Source: Chrysomallon squamiferum
Taxonomy: Eukaryota > Animalia > Mollusca
Direction: 5' to 3'
Length of the DNA: 64,000 bases
Assembly: GCA_012295275.1 (NCBI GenBank)
Contig: CM022672.1
Span: 24,118,001 to 24,182,000 of the forward strand
Shown: positions 41,634 through 62,083 of the stretch, piece by piece
Layout of the letters: each line of letters opens with the position of its first letter
Numbering within the stretch: the first letter of the stretch is position 1
Program-made: the position numbers and the translations under genes
The notes under the pieces: generated by a model
Databases searched by the model: none
What the model was told of the DNA's origin: nothing
What the model saw: the letters and a program-made list of their open reading frames with translations, nothing else

Positions 41634-41788
41634 TGAATATTTCAAACATGTTATTCCTGTAGGCCAATTGGTAAATTGCAGAACCAAAATGTGATTTCAG
41701 TAACTGTACGCTCAGTTTTGGTGGGATATTGAATACACAAACACCTAACATTTTTCTGTGAAAAATAAATAAATAAATAAATAAATAA

Positions 41789-43184
41789 TGTAGAATAGAG
41801 AAATAATAACCATTGTTTCCTATTTTATAAAGGTCAGTATATAATGTTTTAAAGTAATTAGTGGGGAGTAAGTGCTAGCAAGAGATATTAAGATGACTGC
41901 CTGCTATCGAGAGCTTTCCTTAGCACTGGGGACTGTATGGTCATGTGACATGACAAATGCTGCCTGGAATTTAAAGGAGGGAACATTCTCAGACAGCAAA
42001 GCGTTGCACTCTGGCCTTGGACATTGCAGGACCTTAAACAATTGCTAGTGAAGGAAAGCATTTTTATATTTGGTTTCTCATATGTGCGACAGATCACCTA
42101 AGATCAGTAGCTTTATTGCTTTCATTTTAATGTCTATTAAAAAGGGATAATTAAGATATTATATATTAAAGATGAGACAATAATTATATTTACTTGTGGA
42201 CTTTCATTTATTTTGAATATGCTAGCGAACAGTTTATTAAAAGTCTTGGCATAACTTTAAGTAACAATGGTTACAATTTATAATAATTCAGTGGGATCTG
42301 TATTAGATTTCACATGGAAATATATTTAAAAATAAACATGATTGATACACTGAGTATTTTCTCAGCAAACACAGCTGATACATATTATTTCTATTAAGGT
42401 GGCGACATTAGTCGTGTGGAGTAAGTGTTACTGATATCACTACCTACAATACAGCATATGTTTTATATTTATCTATAATTGTTAATTTATAATAACAGTT
42501 ATTCTTTTCTTGAATGTCTGAGTGATATGATATTTATGTTATCAATATAACAAATATGAATAACAATTATAGGAAGTTCATGTATATATGCATAAAGGAC
42601 TTTTATAGAGACTGTTAGATAATGTAATTAGTTCTAGTTAACATATGTGGTATAAATGATTATAGACAGATTAGTATGATATTACTATATCAGGTGTTAT
42701 CTAGAGGTTAATGCTTTCCTACAAAAGACAACAGAACCCCAGCTGAAGTTAACTGATTTTGTTAAAGATTACATTTAACACGTGGGGTGGGGTGAAACTG
42801 ATATCAGGAGTGAATGAACTTTTACTGTTGAGATTAATATTAAAATGCATGTAACTGACTTCGCCTCAGATTTGATTGTATTGAACTGTATATTAATATT
42901 ATGTATTTGATTATAAGTTTGTTGAATATATTTGTTTATGATTATTTTCCGTTTATCCAAAACTCAAGGTTTTTGTACTGGTTTGAAGTTTTTAGTTTTG
43001 CATCTGTAGAATTTTTATTACGTTTTATGAACCTGATCATTTGTCCTTCTTGGAGACGCCAGAGTTACCATGTTGTTTATGTTAATATCGCTAAATCAGG
43101 GATTCGCTAGCATTAAAGCCCTTTAATTGGAAACCTTATACCAACGTATGGTTCTCACGAGATCCGCTTGCTTTCCCCTTTACA
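41789..43184. mobile_element. Probable solo LTR (1396 bp) in the first intron of the middle Deltex copy
   Basis: Termini TGTAGA...TTTACA (TG...CA with a short inverted repeat). Flanked by 4-bp ATAA at 41785-41788 and 43185-43188. Absent from the other two copies. No long ORF. Confidence 0.7.
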
Positions 43185-45761
43185 ATAATAATTTATATTT
43201 AAGGTGTCATTTCAAACATATTATTCTTGTAAGCCACTTAATAAAACTAATAGCAAAAGTTCAATACAGACTGGAATAGAAACAAAGTGTCATTCTCTTT
43301 CCATCTATTTTAAGCAGATTTCAGACTGCTATTGAACAATTATTATAAATGTGCATTTGAATATGCATATAGACATAATGGTTGTGTAAACGAGTGTGAA
43401 TAGACAAAGTTCTGTGACTTTGTTTGTTCTGATGCGAATATAAAAGTGTAAGAATTTGTTATAAATTATTGTTTAAAATAATAATCGGTGTTACGCATAC
43501 TTTTAAATAAAGACAATCAAAGTAAAAATGGTTGAAGGTAAATAAGTGCATCAAAAAAAACCGGGCTGGGATAGGATCACAATGAATGAAAAGAAAAGGA
43601 GAGAGAGAGAGGGGGAGAGATATATTATAATATGTCATAAACAAAATAAGCATTATACTGTAAGCAATATGCATAATATTTATTTTACTCAATAAAAAAA
43701 AGTGTGTCATATTTAACTGAGGTGATATCATTATTTTCCTGGAAAGTCTTATTGCTTCAATTAGTCAATTACATAACATAATAAAAACATAGTGATTAAT
43801 CAAATATATTAACTGTTAATCTACAAATAGCTTTTAATACTCACCAATATATTAACACACTGGTGATGTATTTATGTTTTATTTGCGATTTGGCAGTTAC
43901 TTTTGTTCGTAGAATCGTAACCAACTTAACAGCCACAATTTACTACTTCCTAGCAACAACAAAAAGAAACAAAAAAGTATGAAAGAGAGTTATCTTATCC
44001 TTATGGTTAGGCCTAGGATTCGGAAACATAATGTAAAAGTAATGTTCTGGTATAATTTTTTCTTTAACATTCCTTATACACTATACTTCAGAATATACAT
44101 ATTTCTCTACGTATCTAAAATATTTCGAATACTGATTACTGATTTTCAAGTAACTATTGGTATATGGAAAAACAACTACAGAAACTTCTTGATAATAATT
44201 AAGGAATATTGCAAGTGAACGCAACTTAAATAACATACAACTATTAACAACTTTTTAATGTCGAGGAAATTTGTTTTCGGGGATATCTGGTACAAATAAA
44301 CAAACAATGGTAACTGACTGTTCTTCACTAATAACACAACATGATTAACTAAGAACAATGTAAGGTTTTTATACCGGAAATTCAAAAAACGGACAAAGTT
44401 GTTTGCGACAGCTGAATAAAAGGACCAGCACAGACTAGTTCTGTTAAAGTATATCTCGACATTAACAAAATAGAAATATTTCAGGGGGGAAAAAAAGTAC
44501 AAAACAGAAAGACAGTAAATAATAATAATAATGATAATAATAATAACAATAACAAAAACAGCAACAACAACACTAACAACAACAACAATTAATAATAATA
44601 AGCATCATTATTATTATCAAATTACAAGAGCAACAATAATAATAATAGTAACATATTCATGTTGAGTATGTTATTAATTGACTTAAAGTGCTAAAATCTA
44701 TTAGTTTTAATGTTTTGCATTGATTTATATTATATTTTCATATACTTTCTAAGAAATGGAAAAAAATATATATTATTGTGTACTAGTAATAAAACTGTCA
44801 ACGAGAATGCGACTCCGATACACAGCTTATGTTTTATTTATAGTATAATTATGTATTCAACTAACAGTATTAGAGGATTACAAATTAATACTTTTATTTA
44901 TGATGCTATCTTTGAAATTATAAATGGCACAATCCAATATAATACAAACACAATAACTTTAAAAATAACATAATTTTTAATGTGTTAACGATCTGATATT
45001 AAGAGCTGATAACTTTGTATAAAATCTATTCGTTATTATTAAAATATTTTTTCAGTCAGTACTGAAATTATTTGAATTACTCCCATGTATCTTCTAACCA
45101 TGCTTTTTGAATTCTTTGAAAATGTTTTTTGATAATGGCTGTTGCATAATCCAAAAATAAATTTATTGTAGGAAGAAAAGTATGTATGTAATTTGCCAGC
45201 AGATTCAGTTACATTCAGTATCATGGTGATTGTTAATTTTCTTTCCTTTGTCGAGTTTTAAATTAATAAAATGATATTAACATCTGTTGTCTATAAACCT
45301 TCGGTGTAACTGATGGAAAACATCTTCTTTTTTTTATTGGATAATGATATTAACTGAACAGATAATATACTTGTTTGTTGAATATACAACAGCTACCTAG
45401 GTTTTAAATACATGCAAATTAAAATAACGATAACAAAAAAGAGGATTTGAAAGCATTAAAACTTCGCCTGTGGAAAAAAAAAAAAAAAATTAAAATGCTA
45501 GATTTGAACGTAACAATTCATATTGTATTTATTTATTTAAATATTTATTTATTTATTTATTTATTTATTTATATATTAAATTATTGTTTTTGTTTCTATG
45601 CAGTTAATTAATGTGTCCTATTTTGAAAGCTAAACCCATAATTTGGTCCACAGACCTATAGCAGCAGCTGCTACATGTATGCATTCATACTTGAATAGTA
45701 CTGAATACACCAGTCTGAGAGTAAATATTAACCTGAATACCTGGTTTGGCATTTATGCGTT

Positions 45762-45803
<42 letters not shown>

Positions 45804-45911
45804 ATAAGGCCACTTTCGGGAATAGGATTAACAACAAACGTCAACTATCTAGAGATAATTAAACACGAAGCTTTTTATTGACTTTTTATGCTTCAGTGAA
45901 ACAACTGCTAT

Positions 45912-46197
45912 TTAGAGAAGGTAACAGCCATCAGATCCAGCGACGTTAAAACCATGTGAGTTACACTGAAAACCAAACCTGCCAGCCAGCATACACGTAA
46001 TCCGTGTGTGCTTTTTTACATCCGTACACCTGAGAAGAAAACACCATAATTATTATATATCATTTAGATCATTTAACAACCAGTATTAAAATAAGAGAAT
46101 TAACTTTGAAAAAGGCAGTTAGACGAATATGATTATCATTCTTTATATAATTTCTGCTGTAACTAGGAGTCGAAATTAGTGTATCTGCTACGGTGTA

Positions 46198-46248
<51 letters not shown>

Positions 46249-46956
46249 GACATAAAATTATTGTATATGTCATTGTTCTAGCTGTTTTAACATAAACATG
46301 TTTAAATGACAGAAATAAAGATCATGTACCTGCAATAATCTGCACGCCCGTCTCCATTGTGATCCCTCATGTACCAGGTGCTGTTGTATCCTATATCCAT
46401 AGGCTCTTTACCCCCGGCAGGTGGGTTGTAATTGTATTCGCTTTCTCCCTGGGTACCGGCTAGAGCGCAAGAGAGCCAAACGTATTTTGATTTCAGAAGT
46501 GGACCAACAAACCTGAACATTATTTTAATAATAATATTATTTATACACTTGTGAATTTGTACAGAAGTATTTAATACTGAAATTCTAACAGAAAATGTTT
46601 GCCTAACTCATGGGTTCCCAACCTTTTATCTGCCTTCAACTTACAAAGATTTTTATGATCCTGCCGCCCCTCCCCCGACTGCTATAGAACTGGACGAGCT
46701 TATTAGGCTACAGCGCATATAGAACCTGGAGTAGACCAATATGGTCATATTCATTCAAATATTTCATAAGAATAACATTTTGTTTAATAATTTACTTATT
46801 AAGTCTTCTACGGCTGGTTATCTTGGCAATCGACATTAATGAGGTCAGAAAAACTTGCTATTAATACATCATTTTCAAATTGCACCTGCATATAGCTTGT
46901 AGAACAAAAATGTAATTTATTTCCTTATTTTATTTTATTTTATTTATTTATTTATT

Positions 46957-46997
<41 letters not shown>

Positions 46998-47376
46998 GAT
47001 TATGATCATTATTATTATTATTGTTCTTGTTGTTATTGTTATTGTTGTTGTTTTGTTATTATTATTATTTTGTTATTATTGTTTTGTTATTATTATTGTT
47101 ATTATTATTACTATTACTATTATTATTATTATTATTATTATTATTTTTAATTGTTAGATGATTTAAACTAATAAGAGAATGATAATTCAAAATGTAAAAT
47201 CATCTGTGATCTACATACCTACAATAGTCATTGTTAGCTCCTTGTCCTTGTACATCCACCCATCCGTGAAATAAATACTGAATTCCAAAGTCTGTTAAGT
47301 CTGTCCGCCTTGGTTTAATACGGGCGTTAACTCCATTCAGCATTACCAGAAACAGACATAATATTGTGAGAGACAT
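45912..47376 (-). CDS. Secreted Cys-rich repeat protein C, 152 aa (exons 47376-47219, 46512-46330, 46029-45912)
   Basis: MSLTILCLFLVMLNGVNARIKPRRTDLTDFGIQYLFHGWVDVQGQGANNDYCR/FVGPLLKSKYVWLSCALAGTQGESEYNYNPPAGGKEPMDIGYNSTWYMRDHNGDGRADYCR/CTDVKKHTRITCMLAGRFGFQCNSHGFNVAGSDGCYLL*. GT-AG phase-2 introns. Confidence 0.88.
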
Positions 47377-47497
47377 TTTCTGATAAACAAAAATAAAACT
47401 TCTTTGTTTTTGTTTGAATGTAATTTAAATGTAATAATAAGATGAACCACGACAATAATAATATTAGTTTTTATTAGTATATTTATTTTCGTTATTA

Positions 47498-47542
<45 letters not shown>

Positions 47543-47678
47543 GATTATTTAAACTAATAAGAGAATATTAAACAGTAAATTTCAAAACTTTTATGATTCT
47601 TTATTCAGAATATTTTTGTATTTTAACAATATTTAAAGTCGGTTTATCAGAAAATGAGAAAAAAAAAAAAAAAAAAAA

Positions 47679-47711
<33 letters not shown>

Positions 47712-47714
47712 CAA

Positions 47715-47765
47715 CCTACTGCCGATCCTCAAGAAGCAGAAATAACTATCAAAGGTTTATATAAA
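47715..47765 (-). promoter_or_regulatory. Candidate short 5'UTR exon and TATA box of gene C
   Basis: Minus-strand donor AG|GTTGAT at ~47715 and TATATAAA at ~47756-47763. The region is partly conserved in the relic at 12170-12225. Confidence 0.35.
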
Positions 47766-48030
47766 TTAGTTTGTATATATATCATAGAAGTAATTTTCAG
47801 TTGACCAATCAAACTGAAATATTTCAAAGGCACACCTACTTAATTATTTGATTTGTTATTTCAATCGAAAACATGTTATTCCTGCTTTGCGAGTCTTAAA
47901 TACACGCACGCACGCACACATTCCCACACATTTAAAAAATTTCAAGATATGCAATGTCTAATACGTTTATATTCTGTATGTTTTTTATCGTTTTTATTTT
48001 ATTTATTTATTTATTTTTATGTTTTTATTA

Positions 48031-48101
<71 letters not shown>

Positions 48102-51036
48102 CATTTTATTTTTTTTTTTTTTTTTTTTATTTTTTTATTTTTTTTTTTCGCAATAATAACCACAATTGTTATTACTCCTGTATATATTCGGCTATTAAAA
48201 ATGATTACATACGATTGAAACTCTTTTTATATCTTTATACAAATCAGTTCTGAAAGTAAGATTTCCATGTTTCAGACTGATGCAGCGGAACAATCATTAC
48301 ATTAAATGATTTGTTTTTTAATATACTTATTTATTAATTTAATTAATTTGTTTTGTTTTCTCTCTCTCTCTCTCTCTCTCTCTCTGAAGGTGAGCACGTT
48401 GATGCATTGTGTACATTTACTTGCAGATAAATTAAAGCACGTTTTCAGTATCTCAAAATATTATTTTAGGACAACTCATTTTTTTAAATAAATTTTTCTA
48501 CTGAATGTATGTTTGTGTAGTTCTATATGCATTAATAATCTGTAAGTGTGTGTTAGTGTGTGTGTGGAAACTACTTTTAATATTTTATTACAAACATTTG
48601 ACCAATTACTGTTTTCTGATGGAAGATTTAATCAATTTCTTATTAATAATTTCTGTTCTATGTCAGTGTTCATCCAGATAATTATACTGTTATAAAAGCA
48701 ATAGATAATAAATAAAAATACTTTTTAAAACTAGGATGGGTAAAAGTGAACAAACAAAGCAGTTAATAATACTAATCTACATTATTTTTATTCAGAATGG
48801 TAATTAAAATTAAAACAAAGGCATAATTAATAAAAATAATAAAAATAAAAATAAATTATTTATTATTATTAATTATTATTACTGTTTAAGTTGTATACTT
48901 TACAGGGAATATATATAATCAGGAATTATGTAAAAACCCTTACATTATCAGGTGTTAATAATTATGTGTATTGTCCGATTGTCCAAGTCATTATCTACAA
49001 TCCCAGAAACATTATAAATAATATCTGAAAATTAGTCGGTTTTTTATACTTATTCTGTGATATTGATATATCTATTATCATATTATCGTAGTTACATTTT
49101 CCTATCCTATCAATAAAATACAATAAATGTACATTCTTTTGAAGATGGTTCTTAAATAAAGACTAGGCAACAGTTTTAAGCTATATGCAAAATATTCGGG
49201 TTAAACATAATTCCTGAGTTAATCAGACATTATATATGTTACCTAAAACATTCAGGTTATACTCTGTAAAATATGTATCAAACAAAATATTCACTAATAC
49301 TTCCTTATTCCTCACAAAAAACAAAAATTAAATAATAATTAAATAATAAGAATTTATTAAAAGTAATGTATGTTGTAAATCAAAATTCAGCATATTTATT
49401 TTTCTTGTTTATATTGTACAGTAAATTATTTAAGAGGCATTTGTTACTGTTTATAGGTACACTACAGTATATTTATGTCAGTTAAGAAGTGAAAATATGG
49501 TGTGTCTGGAATGTATTATGTGTGTTATCTACATTAATTTCTTCATTTTGCTATTTCACTATCACTGAGGACCCCAAGTATATACATATTCAAATGCAGC
49601 AACCATTATACACAAACAGAGAAGTAATGGGCATCGGCATTTTAGACAGAGGAATTAAAAAAAAAAAAAGTGGTAAAAATTATTTCAAGGTAGGAAGCAA
49701 AACTTTCGGCTATATTGCCATGCTTAATATACAGACAAGCTTTTAATCAAATTTTGTCATCTGAATTTATCCTAGATAGATTTTTTCATCTTAATTTATC
49801 CTAGATAGATTTTTTCATCTCAATTTATCCTAGATAGATTTTTTCATCTTGGCTTATCTTACACAGATTCTGTCATCTTGATTTATCCAAAACAAAATAA
49901 TCATATTTGTTTATCCTATACAGATTTTTGCATTCTGATTTGTCCAAGGCAAACCTCTTGTTATATGCAGCTATCTTAAATCATAGTTTACAACATAACA
50001 ATACATTTGTATTTTCATCAATATGATTTCATATGGCTTCATTTTTGGTAATTATAAATAAGATGGGGAAATTTTACACTAGAATTCTATCTAAATATAT
50101 ATCTGAAAAATATAATAAAATGAAAAACAAACATACCTAAGTTTTCATTTAGCACTATTATTTATTAATTTCAATCCATCTATCTGCTTATATATGCCAT
50201 AATTATTATAAAATATAAGTCTATAACACAAAAAAAAAAAAAAAAAATTAATATGTATTAAATAAAAAAAAAAGAGAAATGTCGTCAAATAGATGAAAAC
50301 TGATGTATTACGTTTTATACTAGTTATTTAGAAAACCTTTATACATATTAGACAGGAAAGCTGCATCCAAAATATGCAGAAATTCTATCCAAAATATGCA
50401 TACTTTGCATTTTATGTAGTAGGAACTATATAAAATCTAATTAACCATATCACTTCTATGTTGATTTATCACTACTTTAATTAAATGACACTAAGAAAAC
50501 AGGCTATAATTGGAGGCAGCTTAAAATAACAGTGAAGGATCGACAGCTATATTAATTATTTACACTTATCAGTCATAATTCAGTCTTACACACCAATGAA
50601 TTTTGTCAAAATCTAATATTTTATAAAATAAGGGTTTTAAAAATTAAACTATTTTATTAAAATATAATTACAGATTTCTTTTGAATGAATCTGATGATTC
50701 ACACTATTGACAAACACACCTGAATCCACCAGTGCTAGGTAAATTTGAAATGGTTAAGTTTTATTTTCATTTAATTCATTCTGAAAAGTCCAATCAGATC
50801 AGAATATAATTAATTAACAAAATTCAAATAATATTTTAAAATATCATGTGTTTGTATGTGTTTGTATGTGTTTATAAGTAAAAAGTCATATTCCAAAATA
50901 GATTATATAGTTACAATAATCAGACACAAACATACCGAAAAGAAGTTTGAATTAATTAAACAAAATATGTAAATATTAGAAAAATAGCATGATGTTCTGC
51001 TTCAAAATTCACATTTTTCTTTATTCACTGAACTGA

Positions 51037-57197
<6,161 letters not shown>

Positions 57198-57638
57198 TGT
57201 TCTGTAAAAAAAATATGTATAAAAATTAATAAATATATAATGTGTCATTTTAAACGTTATTCTTGTAGGCCACTTGGTAAATTGCTTATGTGGAATTGTA
57301 TGCAGATTCCATAAAAAAAAAATATCATTCTGTAGTCAGTTTTTGTGAGCATTTGATTCACATTTTCAGATTGCAATTGAACAAATTATTATAAACATGC
57401 TTTTGTCTATGCATATGGACATAATGGATGTCTGATTATTTTTGAACGATTGTGAATAGACAAAGTTCTATAACAGTTCATTCTGACTGCATATATAACC
57501 ATATAAGAATTTGTTATAAATTATTGTTTAAAAATAATAATTGATGTTATGCATTATTTGAAATAAGGACAGTTGAAGTAAAGATGTTTGAATTGAAACA
57601 ACTGCATCAAAATAACGAGTGAAGAGAGTATCTGAATG

Positions 57639-57713
<75 letters not shown>

Positions 57714-57964
57714 GTCATAAACAAACAAAAAATTTATACTATAACTATAAGCAACGTGCATATTCATTTTATTCAGCAAAAAAGTGTGACGTGTGTGACA
57801 TATTTAAATGAGGTCGTTTCTTAAGAAACATATCAACAAATCTTTGATTAATCCTGGAAAGTCGAACTACTTCAATTACTAATTGAATTAGTCAATTACT
57901 ACATAACATAGTGATTAATCAAATATATTAAACTGTTAATCTACCAATAAAATTTAAGACTCAC

Positions 57965-58060
57965 CAATATGCTAACACACTGATGAAGTATTCATGTTTT
58001 ATTGGCGGTTTGGGAGTTACATGACTCAGCTTGCATTGGTACGTAGAATCGAAACCAACA
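57965..58060 (-). promoter_or_regulatory. Candidate non-coding first exon/promoter of the Deltex gene, with AP-1/ARE-like TGACTCAGC and IRF-like GAATCGAAAC motifs
   Basis: Minus-strand donor G|GTGAGT at ~57964 is conserved in all three copies (~23044, ~43844). TGACTCAGC at 58022-58030 and 23103-23111. GAATCGAAAC at 58046-58055 and 23127-23136. Confidence 0.4.
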
Positions 58061-58595
58061 ACAAAGCTTGACACAGTGCCAAAAGTTTCTACTTCCTTGC
58101 AATTAAATGAAAAAGAGTTATCTATTCTTACGGTTAGGCCTAGAAATCGGACGCATAATGTAGAAGTAATATTCTGGCATAACTTTTTATATAACATTCC
58201 TTACAGGCTATGCTTTAGAACATTCATATTTCTGTCTGTATTTAAAAGCTTCAATTTTCGAAATATTTCGAATACTGATTTTCAATTAACTATTGGTCTA
58301 TGGGCTCTCTCTCTCCCTCTAAATTTATTGGACACAATCCAACGGTAGGGCCGAAGATATCAACATGAGAGAGCATGAAATGATACCGAAATCGAACCGT
58401 CAGCGAATTTCTCAGCACCTAACATTCGCTGAAAATCAGCATTGAAAATGCCGCTTTTTAGCCTTTTGATCAAATAGTAAGTAGAAACTGACTGCTAATC
58501 GATAGAGGTCCGCCGTGGAGAAAGTTTTGCCGACAGTCTGTCGTTATCATATGAAAAGAATCACAAGAAAGATGATGATAATGATGATGATGATG

Positions 58596-58630
<35 letters not shown>

Positions 58631-59068
58631 GTATTAGTAGTGATACTGATGTATGATCGTTGTAGTCTATTTACCTGCAAAACGTAACAAATGGTTGATG
58701 ACAAGCGCTGATACATTCGTTACACGCATTATTTTGGAATTAATGTGAATAGACATAAAATACTCGTTCATTCTGATCGCATATAATTCTATAAGAATTT
58801 GTAATAATTATTCTTTAAAAAAAATATGCCTTTCTTTAAATAAGACAAATTAAAATGAAAATGGCTGAAGGGAAATATAACTGCATTAAAATGCTTTTAT
58901 ATGAAAATGATCATTGTGAATTGGACATAAGAAACATTAATAATAATGTTCACTATACATCTGTTAAATAGATGTACAGCAATAGATAATATCAACGAGT
59001 TAGATTTTGTTTCAGCATATTTTTTAATCATTTATACGGTATTGTTCCATTATTTTTATTTTTTATTT

Positions 59069-59106
<38 letters not shown>

Positions 59107-59112
59107 AACTTA

Positions 59113-59163
<51 letters not shown>

Positions 59164-59229
59164 CTGTGTCCGTGTCTAAATGTATAAAAGACTCGATTTT
59201 CAAGTCGAAATTTGGATCTATTGGCCTCG

Positions 59230-59266
<37 letters not shown>

Positions 59267-61309
59267 GTATGTATATGTGTGTGTATATATATATTATTAT
59301 TATTGTTGTTGTTGTTAGTTGTTGTTAATTTCATGTATGTATATGTTGTTATTATTATGAGGTATTGTGTCAATCATTACTGTTGTTGTTTTGGTTAGAC
59401 TAAATCAGTTAATTCTTCACAAGATTATTCCCATAATAATTGTATTTGAAAATTAATGTTACATATTTTTTCTTCTTTTCACAAAACTGGAAAAATATTA
59501 TTCATTCAACAACACTTCTTTTTCTTCTTTAATGTAATATGTATCATCTGATTATATACCATATCGACCTCTGTAACCTATACAAAGATAAAATCAGTCC
59601 TGATTAACAATGAACAAAGAAAAAAAAAGATGGGCTACGTTTATATTCAACATTTTTTGCTTCTTTTTTGTTGTCAAAATCACGTTACCTTGCTAGCTTT
59701 TTACTTTACATGAAGTGTCGTTGTACACTTTGTGTCATTAAACTAGGTCACAGAATTCTTAAACACAACCGTCTTGTTATAGATAGTCATAAACAAGCTT
59801 GTAAATGCCGCAGACCAGGATTTTAAATGATACAAATAAAAGGTTGTCGCCCAGGGCAAAAAACAATGTTTCGATTATTTGCTACAACTCTACGACACCT
59901 CTTTACATGGTAGAAAGGCCATTTTAGATCTACTGAACACAAAGAAAAATAAGAAACAAGTTTATTAGGTAATTTCAAATTACAGTTATTTAATTTTATT
60001 CTAAATGGAATAACAACCTTGCCTAATAAATTTTATAAATATGCACAGTTTTTTATATAAATTATTTTGGATGTACCACAATTACGACTTCTGTCGTTTA
60101 GTAAATATCATTTTTTCCGTGTTTTATAAGAGGGAAGAGTTATTACACTGCCTTAACAAATATTCCAACAGTATTCTGTGTTATAAAAATTGCAAGTCGA
60201 ACACAGGCACATCATGTATGCGCCACTGTGTACGCGATAATTTTATTTAATTTATAAATTTATGATATCAGTATTTAAAAGGTCCAGACTAATGTGAAGA
60301 TCGGTACATTTGGTCCTGCGAAATACCAAATTACTATAATATACTGTACTCAAGCATAATATTTAATCCTTATGGGCGAATAATCACATGATTAATAGTC
60401 ATTCGTGAAGCTTTTGAGATACTTCACATTCATTCTCATTTTCTCTCTTTTGATCATAGTCATTCAGTCAGCCGGCCATTTATTGTTTTTTCCTTTTAAA
60501 TTCGTAAATTCATTACTGAAAAATAAATACTTTATCTACATGATGGTGAAAATTAAGGTTTGAAATGCGAACAAATTTAATAAAACTATTTCTAGCTTTT
60601 TATTTCTTGACGTTTTTTATTTTTTTATTTGTTTGTTTGTTTTCTTTCCTTCTTTCCTTTTTGCTTTGATACTGCTTTATGTTAAGTAAATTAAGATGAC
60701 TGGACTTTTTATCAAAGGATCAATTCTGTTACAACAATTTTAAACAGGCAAATATATCAGAAATAAATTATCTGTTTTAATGAAGCCTAAAGACAAAATA
60801 ACGATATTTTGCAAGAAACAGCCTTAAAATTATTCGAATTATTTGGATGTCTCACATCATTATTTTTATAATAATATTCTGATTGTTTGGGCTTTTTGGG
60901 TTTAGTTTTTTTTTTCTTTTCTTTTCTTTGTTCTTCTCTGGCGTATTTAGTACTTCTTTGTTCATTCTTATGTTACAGAAGAAGAAGAAAAAAATAATAC
61001 AAGATGTTAGATGTATATTTTTGCACGCATTTTACATAGCCTGTATAATGTTTTTCTGGAAAATCCATTACTGACATAAACTCTGTGATTTCTGGAGCAT
61101 GGTTAACGTAGACATGAGTTAAATAACAAAAAGTAATACATTTGTTTTTACCCAAACAAATTTAACTGTCTGGCTTTTTTGGTTTATTTTCCTGAAGTTT
61201 GCAACATAATAATATTACTTTCGAAAGCTCTTGTCCGAAGAGCGCTGTCGTTGTGTAAAGGTCTAATGCCGTCGTACATAGAAAATTCAGTTAAGTATGC
61301 AGGTATCAA

Positions 61310-61353
<44 letters not shown>

Positions 61354-61930
61354 AAATATAGGTTAGCTTACATAAACCTGTGCTGGTTGTTAACCTCAGA
61401 GCGAATGGAGAAAATTGGTTTTAGGTCAAAGTGACATTCGGTTCAGTTAACCCGAATGCCGGGATAGCTTTCGTAAACTCTACAAATTTCCTTTATCATA
61501 CAGATAATAAATAAGTTAAATCTCTATAAAAAAAAAAACAGTTACAGGTTTAGAATAATTTATATCTTTTTGTTGACATGAATTCAGATAAATACATACA
61601 TTTTCGTGAAATTAATTATCACTGAATTTTTATATATTAACAATAATTAGACTGAACATGGTATACCGATTTTCAAACATAAAAAAAATAAAAAAATACA
61701 ACATCATTTTAATTTGTCCACAAAAATTACTAGAAATAATATGGTATGAATAATAATATATATAGGGATTAACAGGTTTTAAGATATCAGCTTCAGTCGG
61801 TGAAGTCAACGCAATAATTATGAAGAATCGTTCAAATAATATAAATGTCTGAAAGAAATCACTTGAAAATAATGTTTCAAAGATGTTCCACTTTTCTGAA
61901 TTTTCTATCCGTTGTCTGAAATAAAAATAA

Positions 61931-61993
<63 letters not shown>

Positions 61994-62034
61994 TATTATT
62001 ATTATTATTATTATTATTATCATTATCATCATCA

Positions 62035-62083
<49 letters not shown>

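Noticed and set aside
46608-46740. gggttcccaacctttt resembling a hAT-type terminus in gene C intron 1; also a cctgaatccgaccctg end motif near 28300
   Set aside because: No matching second terminus or TSD was found, so support is too weak for a feature call.
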